Shown piece after piece: positions 49,378-61,110 of a stretch of 64,000 nucleotides of DNA. The notes below the pieces were generated by a model. That model did not search any database. It saw only the letters and a list, made by a program, of their open reading frames with translations, and was not told where the DNA came from. Position 1 is the first letter of the stretch. Every line of letters begins with the position of its first letter. This stretch comes from Felis catus (lineage: Eukaryota). The stretch lies in the NCBI RefSeq assembly GCF_018350175.1, contig NC_058377.1, forward strand, positions 100,564,001 to 100,628,000. Direction: 5' to 3'. The translations under genes were made by a program, and so were the position numbers.

Positions 49378-50313
49378 ATGGAGAGCCAGAGAAACACCTC
49401 AGAATTCGTTCTTCTAGGACTTTCGTATGACCAGAACGTACAAATATTTTGCTTTGTGCTCTTCTTATTCTGTTATGTTGCCCTGTTGGCAGGAAACCTG
49501 CTGATCCTCGTCTCCATTCGATGCAGCCCTCTTTTCCACCAACCCATGTACTATTTCCTCAGCCACTTATCCTGTATGGACATCTGCTATACCTCTAGTG
49601 TTACACCCAAATTCATTGCTGACCTACGAGGGGGGACAAAAACGATCTCCTACGGTAATTGCATGTTCCAGGTCTTTGCTATGCACTTCTTTGGGAGTAC
49701 TGAGGTCTTTGTCCTCACAGTCATGGCCTTTGATCGCTACGTGGCTATCTGTAAACCTCTCCACTACCTGCTTATCATGAACAGGACAAGATGCAATCTT
49801 CTAGTCTTGGCTGCTTGGGCTGGTGGGGCTCTCCATTCTCTTCCTCAATTATCGATGACCATCCAGTTGCCATTTTGTGGACCTAATGAGATTGATCACT
49901 ATTTTTGTGACATCTTGCCTTTGTTGAAAGTTGCCTGTACTGATACCTACATCACTGGTGTCCTTGTGGTTGCCAATTCAGGTCTGGTCGCTTTAGTGAC
50001 CTTCGTTGTCTTATTTGTTTCTTATGTCATTATATTGTTTAGTCTAAGACATCGTTCGGCCGAGGGAAGACACAAAGCCCTCTCTACCTGTGGGTCTCAT
50101 ATTACTGTGGTCATCTTATTTTTTGGACCTTCAATCTTTGCCTACCTTCGACCTCCGACCACGTTCCCCCAGGACAAAATATTTGCTCTATTTTACACCA
50201 TCATCGCTCCTATGTTCAATCCCTTAATCTACACCCTGAGAAATACAGAGATGAAAAGCGCGATGAGAAAAGTTTGGTGTCAAACATTATTTTCGAAGGA
50301 AGCACACAATTAA
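49378..50313 (+). CDS. Olfactory receptor family 4, OR4P4-like (paralogue 3), 311 aa
   Basis: Intact [11 protein letters not shown]...[15 protein letters not shown]...KALSTCGSH...[16 protein letters not shown]. Acceptor ttttctttccttcag ends 49334. Confidence 0.93.
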   Translation: MESQRNTSEFVLLGLSYDQNVQIFCFVLFLFCYVALLAGNLLILVSIRCSPLFHQPMYYFLSHLSCMDICYTSSVTPKFIADLRGGTKTISYGNCMFQVFAMHFFGSTEVFVLTVMAFDRYVAICKPLHYLLIMNRTRCNLLVLAAWAGGALHSLPQLSMTIQLPFCGPNEIDHYFCDILPLLKVACTDTYITGVLVVANSGLVALVTFVVLFVSYVIILFSLRHRSAEGRHKALSTCGSHITVVILFFGPSIFAYLRPPTTFPQDKIFALFYTIIAPMFNPLIYTLRNTEMKSAMRKVWCQTLFSKEAHN

Positions 50314-50390
50314 TCCGAGGAAACATACAGCTAAGCATCTTTATAAACGAAAAGGGCCTGATTTGACAAGAAAAGCTAAGAAATATTTCT

Positions 50391-50565
50391 GGGTGGAGCC
50401 TGGGTGGCTGATTCGGTTAATCATCTGACTCTTGGTTTTGGCTCAGGTCATGACCCACAGTTCATGAGTTTGAGCCCCGCATCAGGCTCAGCATTGACAG
50501 CGTGGAGCCTGTTTGGGATTCTTGCCCCTCCCCCCCGCCCTGCTCTCTGTCTCTCAAATAAAATT
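50391..50565 (+). mobile_element. CanSINE (3' of OR4P paralogue 3)
   Basis: ggagcctgggtggctg head about 80 nt after the stop. Confidence 0.85.
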
Positions 50566-50574
50566 TTATATATT

Positions 50575-50821
50575 GTTTTTTATTTTTAATGCTTTATTTA
50601 TTTATCTATTTATGGAGAGAGAGAGAAACAGAAGGAGAGAGAGAGAGAGAGAGAGAATGCACAAGTAGTGGGGAGGGACAGAGAGAGAAACTGAAATAGA
50701 ATCCGAAGCAGTCTCTGAGCTGTCAGCACAAAGCCCAGTGCGGGTCTTGAGCTCACAAGCTGTGGAATCATGACCTGAGTCAAAATAAGATGCTTAACCA
50801 ACGGAACCACTCACGTGCTCC
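50575..50821 (-). mobile_element. CanSINE
   Basis: Antisense copy inserted in the tail of the previous SINE. Confidence 0.9.
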
Positions 50822-50849
50822 AAAATAAGTTTCTTTTAAATGCTGAGAT

Positions 50850-51080
50850 GGGGCGCGTGGGTGGCTTAATCGGTTGAGCATCCGACTTTGGCTCAGCTCA
50901 TGATCTCACAGTTTGTGGGTTACAGCCTGTGTCAGGTTCTGTGCTGACAGCTCGAAACCTGGAAACTGCTTTGGATTCTGTGCCTCCTTCTCTCTCTGCC
51001 CCTCCCCTGCTCGCACTCTCTCTCTGTCTCTCAGCAATGAATAAACATTAAAAAAAAATTAAAAATTTAAATAAAATGTA
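50850..51080 (+). mobile_element. CanSINE
   Basis: TSD aaatgctgaga. Confidence 0.9.
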
Positions 51081-51859
51081 AAAATGCTGAGAAATATTTC
51101 ATAGACTTTATATAACATCATTATCATGAATAGAATGCATAAGAAAAAGAATTAGAAAGAAATTTAATGGAATAGCTAAATGAATATGAATTCCCACTTA
51201 CCGGAATTAATTAAAAACTTAATCTTATGGAGTATTAAGGAGGTGTGGATAGAATCACCTGCAGAAAAAAACTGTCTGAGCCAAAGCAAATAAGGCAATG
51301 CTATTAAGTCAGTTAATTATAAAAGCAAAAAAATTTTAATGATAATTATAGTAAATAAACTGGGCTTATACACCAGTCCTCAAAATGATACATGTTCTGC
51401 AGTAGTGAAGTTGAAATCTACAATTAAAATAATGACTTTAACTCATCATGAATGTCTTTATTTCTCCTCTAGTGGCACCCAGAAATCATCTGTGTTACAA
51501 AGTAATCAATAGTAGAACCTGTTTTAAAGTGGTTCTTGGTGATCAGTTCTTCTGATTTATATTAAAAATAACAAAAATATCTAGTTAAGACAGAACAAGA
51601 ATCAATAATTTAAGATAGTCCAAACATAACTATTTCTTATTCCACCTACTGACTAGAATATAAAACATTTGCCATAAAACTTAAGGGACTGAATAATAAA
51701 ATGTAAGTGCTGACTAACCCCTACCTGCCTAAAATTGATAAGTGGAAAGTTATTTGATCCAGAACCAAAGACCTTTTCTGTTATAAAGAGAAAAAAAAAT
51801 CCTAGAAAAGGACAAATTAAGATATAGTCTAACACCTAAAACAAACCAAAGTACATTTT

Positions 51860-52420
51860 GCAAGCACATTTGTGGCTGCATATGGATGTTTATAGCTGTT
51901 TTGTTCATAACTGCCAAACCTTGGAAATAAGCAAGATGCCCTTCCATAGGTGACTAGATAAATAAATTGTCATCCATGTGGAGAATTATTATTATTATTA
52001 TACTGAATATTATAATTATATACTGAATAACATAATTATATATTATAAAGTGAATGAAGACAATCTGGAAAGACTACATAGTTACATGATTTGAACTGCA
52101 GGAATCCTGGAAAAGGCAAAGCAATGGAGACATCAAGAACATCAGTGTTTGCCAAGGGTTAGCAGGGGGATCACAAAGCATTGTTAGGTATGTTACTACA
52201 GTTGTGGATACATAAAATGTACTACACCAAGGGTGAAGTCTAATGGAAACTATAAATTTAGGGAGATAACGATGTGTCAATGCAGATTCCTCTGATTGTA
52301 ACTAAAGTATCACTCTGGTGGTAGGGCTTGTCTTGTGTGTGGGGACAGGGGGTATATGGAACTCTTTGTACTTTCTGCTCAATTTTGCTGTGAAGTTAAA
52401 ACAACTTTAAAAGATAAAGT
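51860..52420 (+). mobile_element. Old L1M (L1MC-like) 3' region
   Basis: atggatgtttatagctg..ggaaaaggcaaagcaatggaga..ctctttgtactttctgctcaattttgctgtgaa. Confidence 0.7.
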
Positions 52421-52421
52421 T

Positions 52422-52650
52422 GGGGCGCCTGGGTGGTTCAGCCGGTTAAGACTCTGACTTCAGCTCAAGGTCATGATCTCGCAGTTCGTGGGTTCGAGCC
52501 CCACATCAGGCTCTGGGCTGACGGCTCAGAGCCTGGAGCCTGTTTCAGATTCTGTATCTCCCTCTCTCTCTGCCCCTCCCCTGCTCACACTCTGTCTCTC
52601 TCTCTTTCTCAAAAATAAATAAATATCTTAAAAAAATGTAAAAAAAAAAA
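52422..52650 (+). mobile_element. CanSINE
   Basis: TSD aaaagataaagtt. Confidence 0.9.
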
Positions 52651-52666
52651 AAGATAAAGTTTATTG

Positions 52667-52875
52667 GGGTAGCTAGGTGGCCCAGCGGTTAAACATCTGA
52701 CTCTTGATTTCAGCTCAGGTCATGATCTCATGGTTCCTGGGTCTGAGACCCACTTCCTGCTTTGCACTGACAGCATGCGGAGCCTGCTTGAAGTTCTCTT
52801 TCTCCTCTCTGCCCCTCCCCCTGCCCACATGTATGCTCTCTCTCTCTCTCAAAAGAAACTTAAAGCAAATTTAAA
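52667..52875 (+). mobile_element. CanSINE
   Basis: Tandem to the previous SINE; TSD ataaagtttatt. Confidence 0.85.
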
Positions 52876-54459
52876 AATATAAAGTTTATTAATTAAAATA
52901 TACACTATGGAACAACAGATACATCACATCATGTTGTAACTGGAATGAACAGACATCTGAAAAAGATTTTCTACAGAAACCAGAAAAAAAAATTATGAAA
53001 GACCTTTTTTGCGTGCTTAATAGGATTTAAATAAAGGTCACTTAAGAAACACAGCAAATATCATTGTAGAGAAGAAGCTAGATAACAGAATTTTACTAAA
53101 AAGAAGATGGTTATAAAATGGAAAGTGCTTTAGAATATGTAAATAAAATGCAAGAGTTACAATGAGTCTGTAGACAGTGTATAAAGAGGCATAAAGAACA
53201 GAAAACACAATGAGGAAGGTAAAATTAACCAGAACTGTCACAGCAGAGAGGAAGTGGAAAGATGGTTTCAGGATTTATTCATAAAGAAATAAAACTATTG
53301 CCAGATTAAAACTCTTCCTCTAGGCATGTTCTAGAATGTTTAATTACTTAGTTGGACCAAATACAATTGTCACTAAAAATGAAATAATGGTTCAGATAAT
53401 TAAACAACAGATTCATTTTAATGGCCTCTTTTAAATGGTGGTTATTTATTTTCATGATCATGCTTTCTTAATAACATGACTTTCTATTTTAAAACATGAT
53501 TAGTGGTCAAAATTATTATTTGCAATCAATATTGATCTAGTGCTAATGACGTTTTCTGATACAAATCTAGACACACATTCCATGTTAATGAGGCTTTAGC
53601 ATTCTATAATACTAACAACTTTCATAGAAATCACTTTGGACTTCTTACAGTGAACGTTATGTTTAATAAGTTGAGAGCATTTTCTTTTTTTTTTTTAAAT
53701 AGAGATATAAATGATGTATAGCCTTATATTAGTTTCAGATGTACAACAAAATGATATGCTTTATTGCAAAATAATCACCACAATAAGTCTTGCTAACATC
53801 CATCCCCACAGATGTTTGCACATTATTTTCTTGTGATGAGTGCTTTTAGATTCCACACTTTCTCACTCATTTTTATTACACAAAATCCTGCCAGAGGACT
53901 TGAAATTGTAGAGTTTTTAATTATTCCATATCAGAATTTAAGATACATCTCGAGATTTCAATAGTAAATTCCAAGCGTATTTTGCTATCATTTGAGGCTT
54001 AAACTATTTACAAAAATTATATCCACTTCTATGTTTATGGATGTGAATATATTGACAAAAATTGCATGTTATAAAAAGAAAGAAAACATAAATGGAAAAA
54101 AAAGAGAAAGACCTATTTTTGACATATAAACTCAAAGGTATTAAAGACTATCCTGTGAAACGTAGCTAAAGCCTTTTGCGGCAAATTCTTCTTGAGTTGT
54201 TAAGAGCATTCAAATTCATGCTTGCAACTTTAGAATATCTCAATTTTTTAAAAGTCACACGCAGAAAATATGCTATTTTATATTCATGAATGAGCTTTGC
54301 ACAGCGCATCAGCATAAACTGTCAAGGATTTCAGGGCATCAATATGTGACTTAAAAGAAGTACTTATATGATACATTTGTATAGAATTTTAAATAAAATA
54401 TCTTAAACATTGTAATGGCATATTCTCATGAATAAGTTTTTACATGGATTTAATTTTTT

Positions 54460-54560
54460 AATTAAAAAAATTTTAATGTTTACTTTTATTTCTGAGAGAG
54501 AGAGACCGAGTGCGAGCAGGGGAGGGGCAGACAGAGAGGGAGACACAGAATCGGAAGCAG
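54460..54560 (-). mobile_element. 5'-truncated CanSINE
   Basis: Only the GA tract and tail portion. Confidence 0.8.
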
Positions 54561-54579
54561 ACGTCAGGAAGATTTTATT

Positions 54580-54980
54580 TTTTAACCGATTTAGGTTGGC
54601 AGAAACATTACACAAAAAGTACAGTGATTTCCCATATAGAAGTTCAGCCCCCTCACAATTCCTATCTCCTAACATTTCATATTAGTGCGGTACATTTGTT
54701 ACCACTGACAAACCAATATTGATGCTGTTTTCCTAAAGTCTGTAGCTTACTTTAGGATTTGCTCTTGGTGTGGTCGGGTTTTGTGGATTTTGACCTATGC
54801 ATTATATCATATATCCACCACCGTCCAAAACAGTTTCCTTTCCTGAAAAATGCCCTGTGCTCCACCGACTTATACTTTTTTCTCTCATCTTGAATCTCTA
54901 TCACCCACTGATTTTCTTTTTTCTTTTTCTTTCTTTTTTTTTTTTAACAATTTCCACAGTTTTTCTTTTTCCAGAAAGGG
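54580..54980 (-). mobile_element. Old L1MC/MD 3' end
   Basis: ggtacatttgttaccactgacaaaccaatattgat..aaaaatgccctgtgctccacc. Confidence 0.6.
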
Positions 54981-55499
54981 AATTCATAATTCATTTCTGT
55001 GATATCAATATTTCTGTTTCAAAGCCTAAATATCCTCCTTGGGATTATCTCATGTATTAATAATTAATATTTTAAAATTCACTATTGTCTCTTGCTTGCA
55101 CTCTCCCCTTCTGCCACATAAATATGTCAATCATCCTTAATTTTGGTCACCTATGCTACAGTCCTAATAACTAATATTATAAACAAATTACTATAATTAG
55201 TATGATTCAAGGGGAACCTAACACCCTCAAAGTTAGGTGGAATCAATATGAAAACATGTAGATTTTACCAAGAGGATACAATTATGATAATAAACCCAAC
55301 CATCAAAGCCTTCCCAGTATCAGAGAACTACCTCAGAAACATGAATTTTCTCACCAACTCTTGTTACTGTTCTAGAAGGATGTTGGTAAACACATCATAA
55401 GATTTCAGAATATAACCCCAAGGACTGGAAGGGAGACTATTAGATTGCATACTATCCTTTACAACTTGAAGCTCCTATTATTACTTGCATAATTTCTGT

Positions 55500-55630
55500 A
55501 GTAATTATTAATATTTAATAATTTAATAATTAATAATTTAAATTTATTAAATTGATAATTTAAATTTAAGATTTTAATAATTTAATAATTAATATTCAAG
55601 TAATAATTATTACTTGAATAATAATTACTT
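55500..55630. repeat. AT-rich low-complexity insert with a 28 bp perfect palindrome
   Basis: tattcaagtaataattattacttgaata at 55593-55620. Confidence 0.85.
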
Positions 55631-56049
55631 GATACTTTCTGTCAAGTCAGGAAGAACAATTAAATTGAAGGTTAACGGTCAGATACGATGAGACGGAAAT
55701 GCCTGATGAAGGACACTGGATGAGGGAAAGTCTGCCAGTCTGTGGTTGTGAGTCTATAGGGTGGTACAGAAGAGCAGAAGACACCAGGAGTCGACACGAA
55801 GAGGGGCAGGGAAAGCACTAGATCAAAACCACAAATTTTTAGAGGAGACAGGTGGAGACAGAACGGTGAAGGATATCTAAGTTGTAGACCTTACATACCT
55901 GTTTGTACCTTATGCTATCTATTCCTCTACCTAAAACCGACTTAACACCAACTGGTCTGTGTTCACATTGCTTATTTTCCTGAAAGAAGTGGTGTTCATG
56001 CCCCCAGGACAGGATTATATTAGCTCAACCATGAGAAGATTATATTCTC

Positions 56050-56260
56050 GGGCATCCGGGTGGCTCAGTTGATTAAGCGTCCCACTTCGGCTCAGGTCAT
56101 GATTTCACGGTTCATGGGTTTGAGCCCTGTGTGGGGCTCTGTGCTGACACCTCGGAGCCTGGAGCCTGCTTCACATTCTGTGTCTCCCTCTCTCTCTCTC
56201 TGCCCCTCTCATGCTTGTGCTCACTCTCTCTCAAAAATAAATAAATAAACATGAAAAAAT
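56050..56260 (+). mobile_element. CanSINE
   Basis: TSD attatattct. Confidence 0.9.
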
Positions 56261-56322
56261 ATTATATTCTTTATAGGCTTCTAGGTATGCCCAAACTATG
56301 AAGAAATACTTGAAGCTTCCAT

Positions 56323-57526
56323 TCATGTTTAGCCATCTGAGATCGACTTCTTGTGCCATAATTTCCCATGGTACTTTTCACTGCTGCATTCTTCAGCATA
56401 TAAATCAGAGGGTTGAGCAAACATTTCCCACTTGTATAAAACACAGCTATCATCTTTTTTTTTAAGTTTATTTTTGAGAGAGTGACAGAGCGCGAGTGGG
56501 GGAGGGGCAGAGACAGAGAGTGAGACCCAGAATTTGAAACAGGGTCCAGGCTCCTAGTTGTTGGCACAGAGCCGGTGGCAGCCGGATGCTGCTGGTCACA
56601 ACCCTACGGTGGGGCCTGACCATGGGGCCGGACCCTGGGGCTTGAACTCATGAGCCGCAAGATCATGACCTGAGCTGAAGTCGGACCCTTAACTGACTGA
56701 GCCACCCAGGCGCTCCAATCACAGCTGTCATCTTATCCATGGGGAAGGTGGTTGCAGGGCGTGCATATATAAATATGCAAGGACCGAAGAACAAAATGAC
56801 CACAATGATGTGGGAGACACAGGTGGAGAGGGCTTTTCTCCTCCCTTCAGCACTGTGGTTTCTCAGAGAATACAAGATATTAACATAGGAGCACATCAGC
56901 ATGACAAAACTCAGGGTACAAATGGCCCCGCTATTGGACACCAAGAGTAGATTGATTATGTAAGTGTCTGTACAGGCGAGTCGCAACAATGGCTGCAAGT
57001 CACAAAAATAGTGATCGATCACATTGGGACCACAGAAGGGTAAACTCAAGGCCAGAAAAACCTGAGCTAAAGAATGTACACAGGACCCCACCCAGGCCAT
57101 AGCCACCAGCACAGCACAGACCCGTCGACTCATGATGGTTGTGTAGTGCAGGGGCTTACAGATGGCCACATAGCGGTCAGCGGCCATGAGGATAAGAATG
57201 AAGATCTCCAGGCAGCCAAAGAAATGGAATGGGAAGACCTGTATCATGCACTCACTGAAAGAGATAGTGGTCTTTTTTAAAAGGGCATCCACAATCATTC
57301 CAGGGGCTACGGAAGTACAGAAGCAGGTGTCAGATAAGGATCGGTGGGCTAGGAAGTAGCACACGGGACTCCTGAGTTCCCCGGGGGGCCTTGACAGTGG
57401 TAATGATCAGAACGTTACCCAGCAACATGCCCGAATAGAGAAGCAAGACAATGACAAACGCTGTTTTCCTCCTAACAGGATCCCCTGTCAACTGGAGCAG
57501 AAAAATTTAACATTATTCAGCTGCAT
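56323..57526 (-). pseudogene. OR4C16-like olfactory receptor pseudogene
   Basis: ATG at 57526 (MQLNN..., stop after 12 codons because of a frameshift); second frameshift about 57380; core [43 protein letters not shown]; SINE inserted at the start of TM7 (56457-56719); further frameshift near the C-terminus. Confidence 0.9.
56457..56719 (-). mobile_element. CanSINE inserted in the OR4C16-like pseudogene
   Basis: 15 bp TSD cacagct(a/g)tcatctt at 56442-56456 and 56720-56734. Confidence 0.95.
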
Positions 57527-57822
57527 GATCGTGAGTGAGAAGGGGAAGTGTGAAAAGATTTGTCTGCGAAAAAATAAAGAAATTGATTTACGGTGTGCTA
57601 GGAGACGTTATGGAATATTTTAAGCAAAATAATTCATGATACCGTGTGTGATTGTGGGATATTTTCAGCAAAAATAAATATTCCTCATCAGGTACATTTT
57701 GTGGGTGTTTTTTTTTCCATGTCACTACAGTATTTTGTTTTTAATTTTTAATGACCACTTCAATGGACATTATGAGTCCCAAATTATCTTACTAGTGTGA
57801 TACCTTTCTCAGCACTCCTCAA

Positions 57823-58002
57823 TGTTTATTTACTTTGAAAGAGAGAGAGAGGGAGAGAAGGGGCAGAGAAAGAGGGAAACACAAACCAAAGCAGGCTCCA
57901 GGCTCTGAGCTGTCAGCACAGAGCTGGACGCGAGGCTCCAACTCACAGACTGTGACATCATGACGTTGGATGCTTAACCCACTGAGCCACCCGGGGAACC
58001 CC
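57823..58002 (-). mobile_element. CanSINE
   Basis: TSD agcactc(c/t)tcaa. Confidence 0.85.
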
Positions 58003-58865
58003 TAGCACTCTTCAAATATAACCCCCTGCTAGATTTGACATGATTCTGATTGATTTTGCCAATTCAGTGATTATAAAATTAAGTTATGTGGCCCCATACT
58101 ATTATTTCCTTCTTTATTTATATTTTAAATACATTTAATAAATACTGGGGTCCTGTTTTGCATCGTATATCGCTCAACTTATAGGATTTGACTGTTCTTG
58201 GAGGTTCATGAAGATTCATGTGACCTCACATGCCACTCCCAATCTTATAAAGAATGTCCTTTTGATGCATATGTTTATATATCACATATTTGTTACACAT
58301 ATTTTTATAAATGTATTATTTGTAAATCCAACATCTTCTGCTTCTCTGCATATCTTCTCACATATAGCAGCTTTAAAGGAGGAACAGGAAATACAGCATT
58401 TAAATAATACGCTGGAAATTTCAAGCATATTTGTGATATGTAGGACTTGATCAATACAAATGAACAGAAGTGAATATTCTTTCATATTTGAAAATATCTC
58501 ACATATCCCTGTTTCTGTTTTTCTTTCTCCAATTTCTGAACGGCAACCTGAGAGCCCTCAGAGCCTCTGGATACACATTTGTAAGTGAAAGGAGAGAGAT
58601 AAACTTCATCGTTCATATATTCACAAATCAACTTTTTAACGTAAGCGTCTCAGATCTTGGGTGGCTGTGTATGGGTATCACCTGGCATTTGATGTAGGAC
58701 CAGATCATGATTGTAGCCCCTTAAGCTGCACATTCGCGGAATAGAGCAGAGAAGCAGAAATGGGAAGAAGATGTGATTTTAAAAAGGACGTAGCATATAG
58801 TCAGTAACTGATTGATCCCTAATTCTTTTCAGTCCTGGCAAAGTCAATGATCACTTTGAAATGTT

Positions 58866-59080
58866 GGGGTGGTTGAGTGACTCAGCTGATTGAGCATCCG
58901 ACTTCGGCTCAGGTCATGATCTCGTGGTTCATGGGTTCGAGTCCCCCGTCGGGCTCTGTGCTGACAGCTCGGAGCCTGGAGCCTGCTTCGGATTCTGTGT
59001 CTCCCTCCCTCTCTGCCCCTCCCCCACTTGTCTCTGTCTCTGTCTCTCTCTGTCAGAAATAAACATTAAAAAAAATAATA
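58866..59080 (+). mobile_element. CanSINE
   Basis: Body, CT tract, A tail; flanking aaatgtt. Confidence 0.9.
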
Positions 59081-59429
59081 AATGTTATTTCTTTCAATGA
59101 AGATATCTTTTTTTTTTAAATTTGAAATGTTTTCTTGACCAAAATTTCAAGAAAAGCCTTTCTTTAAGGTCTTGCTTATCAAGATGATGTTGGAAGGGGC
59201 ACTATATGCAAATACCAATATAAACTGAAATGTGGTGTATTTAAATATAACCTGGAGGACTTCCTCTTCTTATTGTGTTCCTCCCCAATCTCATCCATAC
59301 TTCCAATAAATTGTCTTACGATATTTTCATGACCATCATTTCAAGAACAAAACCCTTTTCTTTTTTTCAATTAATTATGTATGTGCTTGTGACAATTTTA
59401 GAGACTCTCGCTCAAAAAATAAAAAAACA

Positions 59430-59894
59430 AATAAGAAGGAAACTAACACGTGTGGTTATGAACCACGTATGACACTGGGGTATTTCATACTATTTCTTGA
59501 ATTCCTCATTGTATTTCTGAGTTATATGATATTACCTAATTCTATAATGCAGAAAATGAGGCTTAGAGAGTTTAACAATTAGCCCAACATTCACAAAAGT
59601 TATGGAAGAGAGCAAGTTAATTCTGTTTCCCGAGCTCTTTTTAAGATTTGGCATTTAGGAAATAAAGACATTTAATAAAATTGGCAAGACTACTGTTTGA
59701 ATACTATCCTTGCTTATACTTGGTAGTAGGTTTCTCTTACAACCTTGGCAAGATGGGTCAGGTTTTGAATTCTACATATCAACTCCAAATAATTACAATA
59801 AAATTAAAAAAAAAGATAAATCCAAGGGGATATTTCACTTAATATCTAACTTCTTAATATAAGAAATATTTGGGGAACTGGTTTCCTGTTTAAA

Positions 59895-59932
<38 letters not shown>

Positions 59933-60290
59933 CGTTTTGGGGGAAAGAGAGAGAGAATGGGGGAGGGAGAGAATCCCAAGCAGAGTTTGTTTTGTCAACA
60001 CAGAGCCTGATGTGGGGCTCCCTGCCCCAAATTATGAGATCACGACCTGAGCTGAAATCAAGAGTTGAACGTTTACCTCACTGAGACACCCAGGTGCCCT
60101 GGTTTTCTTTTTATATTCAGATGGTTACTGCTGTAGAAATGTAGCAGTAATAAATCAGATCAATTCACAAATCCTTTTATTTTCTACATCTCCACATTTT
60201 CACCTCTTTCTTGTGGCTATTGTCACCACTTTTGGAAAGGGATAGGGAAAAAGGATGAAGCAAAATACTAACATATTTCTCCTAATGTGC
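59430..60290 (+). repeat. Orphan paralogous copy of the OR4P paralogue 1 upstream/intron segment (about 850-1440)
   Basis: aaccacgtatgacactggggtatttcata vs aaccacgtatgaccctggggtatttcata; aagggcatatttcactt vs aaggggatatttcactt; colinear to about 60290. Confidence 0.75.
59892..60099 (-). mobile_element. CanSINE with (TCTA)n tail
   Basis: Head at 60099; tetranucleotide repeat 59898-59932. Confidence 0.85.
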
Positions 60291-60435
60291 AAACTCATCT
60301 AGATGAAAATGTGGATAATCTTGGAAAACCTGTATAGGCACAGAAAGTTTTCTGTATAGATTTCTCCATTAATTTCTTGTCAGGGTCCATTTACCGTGGA
60401 GCCAACCAGAACCTTGATTGAATAGTCATCATTTA

Positions 60436-60668
60436 GGAGCACCTGGTTGGCTCAGTCGGTTGAGCACCCGACTTCAACTCAGGTCATGATCTCATGGTGT
60501 GTGATTTTGAGCCCCGCATCGGGCTCTGTGCTGAGAGCTCGGAGCCTTCAGCCTGCTTCGGATTCTCTGCTGTGTCTCCCTCTCTCTCTGCTCCTCCCCT
60601 GCTTGCACTCTGTCTCTGTCTCTGACTGTCTCTCTCAAAAATAAATAAACATTAAAAAAATTAAAAAA
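60436..60668 (+). mobile_element. CanSINE
   Basis: TSD aatagtcatcattt. Confidence 0.9.
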
Positions 60669-60829
60669 AATAGTCATCATTTGATGTACTTTGAAAAAGG
60701 ATATAATACTATAGGAGGCTTACTTTGATGTTGGTTTTTACGTGAGTGAAAGGTAAATTAGGAAAAATAAGCTAATCAATGAGAGAAGCAGATGTCTAAG
60801 ACACTATAGAGATTAGGTTTTCTCCTCAA

Positions 60830-61110
60830 GGTTGGCATTTATCCATGTGACACTCTTTGAGCAAATGCGTGTTGTGTGCCTAATGCCAAACACAGACATC
60901 AGTGTCATGATATTCAGTCTCTTGAAAATATGGGCAGTCTAGCAGAGGAGAAAGAGAGAGAGATGCAAAAGATCAAACGGAGGTCCTAAAAGGTGGTACA
61001 AGAATATCTGTGATAATTAAGAGAACGTGCTCTTTTGGCCGAGAGGAATGAGAAGTCCTCATGCAGGAGGTGTGTTTGAGATCAGCTTTAAAAAAGGATA
61101 GGTCTGAAAT
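60830..61110. mobile_element. L2 fragment
   Basis: gcagtctagcagaggag..gcaggaggtgtgtttgagatcagcttta. Confidence 0.4.

Larger units (their letters stand above)
35339..53310 (+). repeat. Ancient tandem duplication cassette, copy B (intact OR4 gene + OR4P paralogue 3)
   Basis: See copy A; this copy retains about 6 kb (36.6-42.5 kb) absent from copy A. Confidence 0.85.

Noticed and set aside
56663-57364. 233 aa OR ORF as a functional gene
   Set aside because: GTG start, lacks TM1 and TM7, ends in SINE sequence; part of the pseudogene.
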